The notes under the pieces were generated by a model. The model was not told where the DNA came from. It saw only the letters and a list, made by a program, of their open reading frames with translations, and searched no databases. From positions 1 through 38,910 of the forward strand of contig JAXLNO010000671.1 in the NCBI GenBank assembly GCA_038087875.1: a stretch of 38,910 bases of DNA, given 5' to 3'. The DNA comes from Malacoraja senta. Its lineage: Eukaryota. The position numbers were made by a program, and so were the translations under genes. Shown here one piece after another: positions 23,097 to 33,900 of the stretch; position 1 is the stretch's first letter; every line of letters starts with the position of its first letter.

Positions 23097-23652
23097 ACAG
23101 GACAGTATCACTTCTTTCTCTCTGTTGGTCTCTGTCTCTGGGGAGCTACTTGGATGGAAATGATGGTTACACATCCTACCTGAGCTGTGTCGTCTGCCCG
23201 TTCGTGAGGGTCCACATGCCCTTTTATCTCACTCCCCAGATAATGGTGTGTTATAGGCAGTACTGTCCTAAAGGCACAACAACTCAACAAAAAGTTATTA
23301 AACGAGTTTACAATTGCTCCTATTCCTCACTCCTACACTTCCTGCGCAATAGATTCCTTTCTTCCTTTCCCTAGTGCCAATCTAAGTTCCTTTGAGTTAT
23401 TTTATTTTTATTTTGACACCAGCTACTTTGTCTCTTTTCTTTAGTTCCTTTATTGTTTTAATGCTCCTTTCTATCGGTGGGCTGTTCTTGATCCCAATTG
23501 GATACAATTAAGGCAGTTTCTTAGAATTCCTACCTCTTCTTTATGACTTCATTCCACGTATTTGTAAGGGGTTTCTCTCGTTCTGATTTTGATTATTTTT
23601 ATTATTTCCCCTGGACCATCTCAGTGTTATGAGGAGGGTATGTTCTATTCCC

Positions 23653-26063
23653 TCAGATTTCATTTCTGGGTTCTGTGGCAGTGGTCAGGTTACTCCGTCC
23701 ACGCTCTAGACAGGCTGGCAGATCAGGACTACAGAAATGGATTTGACTTTGGTTTCCCGCCCCCTGATCTGGCCAGCGTCCTCTCCTTTGACGCACTTTG
23801 TAACGCACTTTATTTTGGAGTTAGCCAATCATCCCTTGCACGTCTCCAGTTGGTTCAGATTGCTGCTGCTCGCCTTTTAACTGGAACACGTAAGAGGGAG
23901 CACATAACGCCTATTCTGGCCTCCCTCCACTGGCTGCCTGTGTACTTTAGAGTTCATTTTAAGATTCTTTTATTTGTTTTTAAATCTTTAAATGGTCTCG
24001 CCCCGCCTTACCTCTCTGAGCTGCTTCATCCCTACGCTCCTGCTCGGTGCCTCAGGTCAGCTGATCAGCTGCTCCTGGAGGTACCGAGGTCTAAGCGGAA
24101 GCTCAGAGGGGATAGAGCCTTCTCTGTTGTTGCTCCGACATTATGGAACTCTCTACCTTTGAACATTAGACAGGCCACTTCAGTGTCCATTTTCAAAACT
24201 AGCCTTAAAACCCTTTTCTATTCCTTGGCTTTTGACCCTGCATGAGACTTTGCTCCTGTTTTAGTGTTTTTTATTGTTTTTACTGTCTTTTAATGTTTTT
24301 GTTGTTTTGTTTTATGTTTGTGATTGGTCATGTACAGCACTTTGTTGCAACGGTGGTTGTTTTAAAGTGCTCTATAAATAAAGTTATTATTATTATTATT
24401 GATCTTCAGGGTCCCAAGTATCCCTATAGCACCTAGGGATCCATCGACTTCTTGGACCTCGTGACACTTTCCTGCGACGCCTTCCTCCTCTTTGATCTCT
24501 CATGGGGCAAGCTTTGCTCCAATGCCCCTTCTCTCCACAGACATAACACTGATCTGGCCTAACTGTTCTGTAACTTCTCCAGTGGAACTGAGGGAAAACA
24601 GGCTCCCGAACAAGCATGTCCCTAAGATAATCGGGTGGGATCCAAGCCTCAAACTCTTCTCTTCTTTTGATTTAACTTCCAATTTTTGTATCAATTCCAC
24701 TGGTCCCTGGAAGGAATTGGTAAGGGCCGTAAAAAAAGCATTTTCTCTGTCACCCTCTGTTGTTACCCCCCACACTAAGTCTTCAAATATAGGGTACCCT
24801 AAAGTTGTCAAGAATTTAGCATATTCCGCAGGGGTGATCAATCGTTGCACTGCCTCCCATAAGCATCGAGAGTCAGGGTACTGTCCATATAGGTTGAGTT
24901 TCAAATATTCCCCAAATGAAGTAGATAAATCTTTTCCATCTGGATTTTTATCCATGGTCATTGTTGAACTGGGTTTCACTGGAGTGGGGGCGTCTGTAGC
25001 CCGGAGATGGTCAGCACCTACTGCAATATCCAAATCAAAAGTAGAAGTAGCCACGATTCTAACAGGGAATTGTCGACGGGGAAGTTGTTCTGCTTCCATG
25101 ATATTCGCAATATCAGGATCGGCTATCTTATAGCTCGTTCTTGACACCCTCAGAAGCACTGCTTCCTTCACTAAAGGGATCCCTATATTTTGTAAGTGAT
25201 TCCTTCACTTCTCCTGCTGTTCATTTCATTTGTTCTGGCACCGGCTTATAAGGAACCTTACTCCTTGCTCCCTGACTTACTACGCTAGCCAGTGAAGCAA
25301 TCGGGGCCAGAGAATCCTTTTCCAATATCTCCGTTGCAGGTTAAAACTTAGTGGGTGGAGGCAAAGATGCCGTTGACTCCACTAGAGTGCCCTGCTCACA
25401 AGCTGCACAAGGTATCTTAGGACTAGGAATATGAGAGGGTTGAGAGGAAGGCTGTGATTCTATACCAAAAAAGTCTGCCCATCTTTTTAAATATTGGGCT
25501 TCCTTCCCTTCAAGGTCCACACTAACCACCGTGCTCTTGCTAAATTTAATTGTCTTCGGGGCCACTTCCCCTTTAAGTGTTACCGGGGACAATTCTCCTT
25601 TAAGAGTTACCACTCTTCTCTGCTCCTGCTTTTGATCTTTAATATCTTTCTCTTTCTTTTCAGAAATATCCAGAGAAGGACCAGCTCCCACTTCTTTTAG
25701 CTCTATTCCCAGCTTTGAGGCTGACGTCCTCCAATTTGTTATCCTAACAACTTCTTTGTTCACATTCCTCTTCATATAATACACTCTCCATAATTCTATG
25801 TTAATTTCCTTCTTCGCTATCCCCACACTGCCGGATTAATTTTTCAATGTACCTTATCCCCGTCACTGACTTCAGGCCATCCATCGGCCATAATTCACTT
25901 CCTAACTCTTTATTTAACTTTCCCGAAAATGTTCGTAACCTCTCGGCTTTCAGAGGGAATTCATCACATATTATTTGTAATGGGCTTTCAGAAGTGGTAG
26001 TTATATCCTTCTCCAGATTATTTCAGAAGTGGTAGTTATATCCTTCTCCAGATTATTCCCCAT
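23653..26063 (-). pseudogene. gag: Retroviral gag-like pseudogene (frameshifted, L2 inserted at 23792-24398)
   Basis: MGN start; SPLQII and WPMDG matrix-like motifs; Pro/Ser-rich linker; CX2CX4HX4C knuckle CYVCGEKGHWSKAC (24507-24548) followed by an Arg-rich tract. Confidence 0.72.
23792..24398 (+). mobile_element. L2-clade LINE 3' fragment
   Basis: CNALYFG...RLQLVQIAAARLL...HITPILASLHWLPV...GDRAFSVVAPTLWNSLP; AATAAA then (TTA)n tail; TTGA at both junctions. Confidence 0.93.
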
Positions 26064-27228
26064 GTCCTTGTACAATAGAAACAATACAGATACAGTTAAA
26101 TTTCTGAATCACTCACACCTCACACCTCTTCAATAATTCACTCCTCCCTTTCAGTATCCAAGGCTACCCAGATCGCTCCTGAACAATAGCCAACGTCTCC
26201 AAAGCGCTAACAGTCTCACACTTTTCTCACACAAACATACACTCAATCTTTCCAATCTACTATTCAATCACTCTATTCAATCGCGCACCCAACTCTCTTA
26301 TCAGTCTCATCTCATTTACAACCACTCATCCAACTTCCAACCTGTAAACAGTTCCGGAAGAATCCTCTGTCTCCCAGATTAAGGTGCTTAATATTCAAAT
26401 ATTTTTTTGGAACAGCCTCTCCCACTCAAAATACTTCAATTTAACAGAGACAAATAAACCCAAACCACGCAAGCAAAACCATACCCAAGCAAGAAACGAT
26501 ACCACCTATTATAAGTAAACAGAAACACACTCCAATATAAACTACAAACATTCACTTATTATCACAATTAAATCACACACTATTTTAATTCCTCCTCGTC
26601 ATGTGCTCGGTCAATGGAACAATCCCCTCCCCAAATCAATCGATCGGAAGGATATGGACTCCAATACTAATACAATCCCAACTAAACCAAACTCTTATAT
26701 ATTCACTTTAACCCACTTTTACCCCAGTTTTCGAACACTCAAAATTCTTAAACAATACACAATCAGTTCAATGAAACAATTCACAATCTTAACACATTCC
26801 AAATGTATCTTACAAGTAACAAAGTATTTACACACAATTCAACTCTGAAAGAAATATGTACACTTGAGATTTACTAAATATTATCACAGGCAATGTAATA
26901 CACAATAAACACAATACACTAACAGCAATCTTTAATATACAGTTTCAAAAGCAATTAACAATATTTCAATGCCGCGTCGCGCTGCCATCAACCAGTGAAC
27001 CTTTCCCTCCGATACTGAAGACTTTCCCCTTCCTAGGGTACTCTTCGCTGAGGGGTACTAGTTCTTAATTAGCTACTCTTTACGTTCAGGTACCTTTTCC
27101 TCACACTAAATGCTTAGACTCAGGGGTACCTTTTCCATCAGGTTACTCTTTACTAAAAATTACTTTCCCTCTCTCAGTTACTCTTCGCTAACAGTTACTA
27201 ATCAACACTCAATCAGAGGGGGTACGAA

Positions 27229-27246
27229 CTCCTGGTTGATCAGCCA
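27229..27246 (-). promoter_or_regulatory. Candidate primer-binding site, tRNA-Arg-like
   Basis: TGGCTGATCAACCAGGAG versus recalled Arg PBS TGGCGAGCCAGCCAGGAG (13/18); lies upstream of gag, but no LTR-terminal CA immediately before it. Confidence 0.35.
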
Positions 27247-27369
27247 CGATTCGGAATCAATCTTACACAATATTTATACACACTTCAAAGTTTATTATAT
27301 ACACAGATTAATCTGACAAAATATGTGCACACTTTATTATATATACTGCATCTGCCATGCCATTATACT

Positions 27370-28213
27370 GCATGGCAGATGCAGTATAATGTGGATAAAT
27401 GTGAGGTTATCCACTTTGGTGGCAAAAACAGGAAAGTAGACTATTATCTCAATGGTGGCCGATTAGGAAAAGGGGAGATGCAACGAGATCTGGGTGTCAT
27501 GGTACACCAGTCATTGAAAGTAGGCATGCAGGTGCAGCAGGCAGTGAAGAAAGCGAATGGTATGTTAGCATTCATAGCAAAAGGATTTGAGTATAAGAGC
27601 AGGGAGGTTCTACTGCAGTTGTACAGGGTCTTGGTGAGGCCACACCTGGAGTATTGCGTGCAGTTTTGGTCACCGAATCTGAGGAAAGACATTCTTGCCA
27701 TAGAGGGAGTACAGAGAAGGTTCATCAGACTGATTCCTGGGATGGCAGGACTTTCATATGAAGAAAGACTGGATAGACTCGGCATGTACTCGCTAGAATT
27801 TAGAAGATTGAGGGGGTTCTTATAGAAACTTACAAGATTCTTAAGGGGTTGGACAGGCTAGATGCAGGAAGGTTGTTCCCGATGTTGGGGAAGTTCAGAA
27901 CAAGGGGTCACAGTTTAAGGATAAGGGGGAAGTCTTTTAGGACCGAGATGAGAAAATCATTTTTCACACAGAGATTGCTGAATCTGTGGAATTCTCTGCC
28001 ACAGAAGGTAGTTGAGGCCAGTTCATTGGCTATATTTAATAGGGAGTTAGATGTGGCCCTTGTGGCTAAAGGGATCAGGGGGTATGGAGAGAAGGCAGGT
28101 ACAGGATACTGAGTTGGATGATCAGCCATGATCATATTGAATGGCGGTGCAGGCTCGAAGGGCCGAATGGCCTACACCTGCACCTATTTTCTATGTTTCT
28201 ATGTTTCTATGTT
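27370..28213 (+). mobile_element. CR1 LINE 3' fragment
   Basis: WQMQYNVDKC, RPHLEYCVQFWSP; frameshift at ~27815; (TTTCTATG)3 tail. Confidence 0.96.
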
Positions 28214-28304
28214 TAAATTGTCCAGCACCTCAATATGAGATTCTGAATTTAGTGACTTTCAAATCGAAGAATTTCAATTTGCTCTGATCTGACGAATTCG
28301 TTTT

Positions 28305-28568
28305 TTGAATGATGATTTGTTAACCCTTCAAGTACTTACAATAAATGCTTTGTTACCCCACAATGTGGTTGCAATAAGTGATGATTGGTTAGCCCTTAAC
28401 GTGCTTGCAATAAATGTTTTCTTACCCAGCAATGTGGTTGCAATAAATGATGATTGGTTAGCCCTTAATGTGCTAGCAATAAATGATTTGTTAGCCATCA
28501 ATGTGCTTACAATGAATGATGACTTGTTAACCCTTAATGGCTTGCAATAAATGATTTGTTAGCCCTTC
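28305..28568 (+). repeat. Minisatellite of alternating ~36/33-bp units (~69-bp dimer)
   Basis: About 8 units of GCAATAAATGA(TGA)TT(G/T)GTTAGCCCTTAATGTGCTT. Confidence 0.88.
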
Positions 28569-28602
28569 ATGAAATAAAATGAGTTGTTTGGCCTGCCCTG
28601 TG

Positions 28603-28903
28603 ATTGAAATGGAAATGAAATGGAAATAAAATGGAAATGGAAATGAAAATGAAATAGAAACATAGAAACATAGAAAATGGGTGCAGGAGTAGGCCATTCG
28701 GCCCTTCGAGCCTGCACCACCATTCAATATGATCATGGCTGATCATCCAACTCAGTATCCTGTACCTGCCTTCCCTCCATACCCCCTGATCCCTTTAGCC
28801 ACAAGGGCCACATCTAAATCCCTCTTAAATATAGCCAATGAACTGGCCTCAACTACCTTCTGTGGCAGAGAGTTCCAGAAATTCACCACTCTCTGGAGAA
28901 ATT
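28603..28903 (-). mobile_element. Short CR1 3' end with an extended (GAAAT/GGAAAT)n tract
   Basis: CR1 3'UTR at 28655-28893; flanked by 21-bp direct repeat AGTTGTTTGGCCTGCCCTGTG (28582-28602, 28904-28924). Confidence 0.9.
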
Positions 28904-28975
28904 AGTTGTTTGGCCTGCCCTGTGCTTTTGCTTTGCTTGATCTCACCTGAAATGAAAGGAAATGGATGGTATTGT

Positions 28976-29720
28976 TGACTTGAAATGGATTGACTTGACT
29001 TGAAATCGATTGACTTGACTTGACTTGACTTGAAATGGATTGACTTGACTTGACTTGACTTGAAATGGATTGACTTGACTTGAAATGGATTGACTTGACT
29101 TGACTTGAGTTGACTTGAAATTGATTGACTTGACTTGAAATGGATTGACTTGACTTGAAATGGATTGACTTGACTTGACTTGACTTGAAATGGATTGACT
29201 TGACTTGAAATGGATTGACTTGACTTGACTTGAGTTGACTTGAAATTGATTGACTTGACTTGAAATGGATTGACTTGACTTGACTTGACTTGAAATGGAT
29301 TGACTTGACTTGACTTGACTTGAAATGGATTGACTTGACTTGAAATGGATTGACTTGACTTGACTTGAGTTGACTTGAAATTGATTGACTTGACTTGAAA
29401 TGGATTGACTTGACTTGACTTGACTTGAAATGGATTGACTTGACTTGACTTGACTTGAAATGGATTGACTTGACTTGAAATCGATTGACTTGACTTGAAA
29501 TGGATTGACTTGACTTGACTTGACTTGAAATGGATTGACTTGACTTGAAATGGATTGACTTGACTTGACTTGAGTTGACTTGAAATTGATTGACTTGACT
29601 TGAAATGGATTGACTTGACTTGAAATGGATTGGATTGGATTGGATTGACTTGACTTGAAATGGATTGACATGAATTGACTTGAAATTGATTGACTTCAAT
29701 GGATTGAGTTGGATTGAGCT
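28976..29720. repeat. Pentamer-mosaic satellite (GACTT)n-GAAAT-GGATT, homogeneous block
   Basis: Read directly from the sequence; strict 5-bp phase. Confidence 0.97.
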
Positions 29721-29734
29721 TCCATGGAACTTGA

Positions 29735-32700
29735 AGAGACAGCAGCAAAGAGAAGCAGGAAAAAGCAGTGATTGGCTCTAGCCCGAGTCGGAGGTGAGTT
29801 AGAAGTGAGTCAGAGGGGGGAAGCAGTTTAAAACTGAGGAATCTCGTTTGTAAATTGGTAAATTAGGCAATTTATCAGTCAATGATCAGTGAATTTATCA
29901 GTCAATATAAGCAAGACGGAGCTTAGGGAGCGGCCTTGTGAGGGAAGTGCCTTGTGATAATCACCATCGCCCGCGGGATAATCACCATCGCCCCCCGGGG
30001 GCTTCAACTTTGACTCTGACATCGGGGGGGGAGTGCAGTGGAGACATACGTTTTTTTTTGCCTTCCATCACAGCGCTGAGATGGATATATGTGTAAATTG
30101 TGTTGTGTCTCGGGTCTTTTTCGTTTTGTAATGTATGGCTGCAGAAACAACATTTCATTTGGACCTCAACAGGGCGGGTGACTCCATTGTCCAAGAAGCA
30201 GACAGGAGATTCTGTGATGGCAGACGAGATGCGGGGATGGTCTGTTGCCTCCCTGGTGCCAGGGTTCAGGATGTCACGAGCCGAATTCGGAACATTCTCG
30301 ATAGAGAAGGTGAACAGCCGGCAGTAGTTGTGCACGTAGGCACAAACGACATCGGGAAGAAGAGGAAAGAGGTTCTCCAACATGAGTTCAGAGAGTTGGA
30401 ATGAAGACTGAAATGCCGGACTTCTAGGATGGTTATCTCTGGATTGCTTGCAGTACCTCGTGCTAGTGAGGACAGGAACAGGGAGACAGGGGATCGGAAT
30501 GTGTGGCTGAGGGGCGGGAACAGGGAGCAAGGATTTAGATTTATAAACCACTGGGATCTCTTCTGGAGTAGGGGTGACCTGTACAAAAGGGACAGGTTAC
30601 ACCTTAACTGGAGGGGGACTGACATTATGGCAGGGTGGTTTGCTAGGGCTACATGTGCGGGTTTAAACTAAATAGTTGGGGGGAGGGGTTGACAAATTGG
30701 GAGTATAAAGATGGAGTTGAAGGGGTAGTGGCTACAGGAAAAATTACAAAAGATTCTCGAATTAATGGGAAGGAAAGCTTGAGAAGGGACAACAGAGTAA
30801 GCTCAGGGCCAATTGCGAGCGGTGCGAGGGGGGAACTGAATATGGAGGTCAAAGTGCTGTATATGAATGCGCGAAGTATAAGGAATAAAGTGGACGAACT
30901 TGAGGCTCAGTTGGAAACTGGCAAGTATGATGTTGTGAGAATTACTGAGACATGGCTGCAAGAGGGCCAGGGTTGGGAACTGAATATTCAAGGATATACC
31001 TCCTATCGAAAAGACAGACAGGTGGGCAGAGGGGGTGGGGTTGCCCTGTTGGTGAGGAATGAAATTCAGTCCCTTGCAAGGGGTGACATTGAAACAGGAG
31101 ATGTGGATAAAACTAAGGAATTGTAAGGGTAAAAAGACCCTAATGGGACTAATCTACAGGCCCCCAAACAGTAGCCTGGACATAGGGTGCAAGTTGAATC
31201 AGGAGTTAAAATTGGCATGTAGCAAAAGCAATGTTGTGGTTGTTATGGGAGATTTCAACATGCAGGTAGACTGGGAAAATCAGGTTGGTACTGGACCCCA
31301 AGAAAGGGACTTTGTAGAGTGCCTTTGTGGTGGATTCTTAGAACAGCTTGTATTGGAGCCTATCAGGGAGAAGGCAATTCTGGATTTGGTGTTATGTAAT
31401 GAACCGGATTTGGTATATGACCTCGAGGTTAATGAGCCATTAGGAGGCAGTGAGAATAACATGGTCAGGTTTAATTTACAATTGGAGAGGGAGAAGGGTA
31501 GATCGGAGGTGTCAGTGTTGCAGTTGAATAAAGGGGACTATGGGGACATGAGGGAGGAGCTGGCCAAGGTTGACTGGAAAGATACACTAGCAGGGATGAC
31601 AGTGGAACAAAAATGGCAGGTGTTTCTAGGAATAATACAGAAGGTGCAGGATCAGTTCATTCCTAGGAGCAAGAAAGAATACAAGGGGAGAAAGGGACGA
31701 CCATGGCTGACAAGGGCGTCAGGGACAATATAAAAATTAAAGCGAAGAAGTACAACGTGGCAAAGATGAGCGGGAAGCAAGAGGATTGGGTAATGTTTAA
31801 AGAACAACAGAAGATAACCAAAAGGACAATACAGGGAGAAAAGATGAGGTACGAAGGTAAGCTAGCCAAGAACATAAAGCAGGATAGTAAAAGCTTCTTT
31901 AGGTATGTGAAGAGGAAAAAATTAGTTAAGACCTTTGAAGACCGAAAAAGGTAAATGTATTATGGGGAACAAGGAAATGGCAGATGAGTTGAACATGTAC
32001 TTTGGATCTGTCTTCACTAAGGAGGACACAAACAATCTTCATGATATAGTAGTGGCCAGAGGATCTGGGGTGACAGAGGAACTGAAGGAAATCCACATTA
32101 GGCAGGAAATGTTGTTGGATAGACTGATGGGACTGAAGGCTGATAAATCCCCAGGGCCTGATGGGCTGCATCCCAGGGTACTTAAGGAAGTGGCTCTAGA
32201 AATTGTGGATGCATTGGTGATAATTTTCCAATGTTCTATAGACTCAGGATCAGTTCCTGTAGATTGGAGGGTAGCTAATGTTATCACACTTTTTAAGAAA
32301 GGCGGGAGAGAAAAAACATGGAATTATAGACCAGTTAGCCTGACATCGGTGGTGGGGAAGATGCTGGAGTCAATTATAAAAGATGAGATGCCGAATATTT
32401 GGAAAGCAGTAACAGGATCGGTCCAAGTCAGCATGTATTTATGAAGGGGAAATCATGCTTGACTAATCTTCTGGAATTTTTTGAAGATATAACTAGGAAA
32501 ATGGACAAGGGAGAGCCAGTGGATGTAGTGTACCTGGACTTTCAGAAAGCATTTGGTAAGGTCCCACATAGGAGATTAGTGGGCAAAATCAGGGCACATG
32601 GTATTGGGGGTAGAGTGCTGACATGGATAGAGAATTGGTTGGCAGACAGGAAACAAAGAGTAGGGATTAATGGATCCCTTTCAGAATGGCAGGCAGTGAC

Positions 32701-33899
32701 CAGTGGGGTACCGCAAGGCTCGGTGCTGGGACCGCAGCTATTAAATGTGAGGTTATCCACTTTGGTAGCAAAAACAGGAAGACAGATTACTATCTAAATG
32801 GTGTTAAGTAGGGAAAAGGGGAAGTACAACGGAATCTGGGGGTCCTTGCACATCGGAATGGCAGGCAGTGACTAGTGGGGTACTGCAAGGCTCAGTGATG
32901 GGACCGCAGCTATTTGCAATATACATCATTGATTTGGATGAAGGGATTCAAAGTAACATTTGCAAATTTGCAGATGACACAAAGTTGGGTGGCAGTGTGA
33001 ACTGTGAGGAGGATGCTATGAGAGTGCAGGGTGACTTGGACAGGTTGGGGGAGTGGGCAGATGCATGGCAGATGAAGTTTAAAGCGGATAAATGTGAGGT
33101 TATCCACTTCGGTAGCAAAAACAGGAAGGCAGATGACTATCTAAATGGTGTCAAGTTGGGAAAAGGGGAAGTACAACGGGATCTGGAGGACCTTGTACAT
33201 CAGTCTATGAAAGTAAGCATGCAGGTACAGCAGGCAGTGAAGAAAGCGAATGGCATGTTGGCCTTTAAACCAAAGGGAATCGAATATAGGAGCAAAGAAG
33301 TTCATCTGCAGTTGTACAGAACACTAGTGAGACCACACCTGGAGTATTGGGTACAGTTTTGGTCCCCTAATTTGAGGAAGGACATTCTTGCTATTGAGGG
33401 AGTGCAGAGTAGGTTTTCAAGGTTAATTCCCGGGATGGCGGGCCTGTCATATGCTGAGAGAATGGAGCAGCTGGGCTTGTACACTCTGGAGTTTAGGATG
33501 AGAGGGAATCTCATTGAAACATATAGGATTGTTAAGGGTTTGGACATGCTAGAGGCAGGAAACATGTTCCCGATGTAGGCGGAGTCCAGAACCAGGGGCC
33601 ACAGTTTAAGAATAAGGAGTAAGCCATTTAGAACAGAGACGAGGAAACAATTTTTCTCACAGAGTGTTGAGTCTGGGGAATTCTCTGCCTCAGAGGGCGG
33701 TGGAGGTGGGTTCTCTGGATGCCTTCAAGAGAGAGCTAGATAGGGCTCCTAAAAATAGCGGATTCAGGGGATATGGGGTGAAGGCAGGAACGGGGTAATG
33801 ATTGTGGATGATCAGCCATGATCACATTGAATGGCGGTGCTGGCTTGAAGTGCCGAATGGCCTACTCCTCCACCTATTGTTTATTGTCTATTGTCTATT
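29735..33899 (+). mobile_element. Near-full-length defective CR1 LINE within the satellite
   Basis: 5'UTR, GDSIVQ/HVGTND esterase, MNARSIRNK, MGDFN, NYRPVSLTS, FADD; (TATTGTC)n tail; frameshifts. Confidence 0.95.
29955..30170 (+). mobile_element. Fragment of a non-autonomous retroposon replacing the CR1 ORF1 N-terminus
   Basis: Non-CR1 block (GC-rich then T-rich, ending CATTTCATTTGGACCTCA) with a duplicated GATAATCACCATCGCCC at the junction. Confidence 0.45.
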
Positions 33900-33900
33900 C

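Larger units (their letters stand above)
21426..27341 (-). mobile_element. Defective ERV-like LTR element (gag remnant, no recognisable pol) with three nested insertions
   Basis: A-rich minus strand, gag motifs, PBS-like site, AATAAA upstream of it, LTR-like block starting TGTAAAA at 21731; paired LTRs not demonstrable. Confidence 0.6.

Noticed and set aside
23108..23290. RNase H-like motif IKGHVDPHERADDTAQ
   Set aside because: Only a loose match to KGH..GNERAD..A, with no upstream catalytic motifs or RT; not enough to call pol
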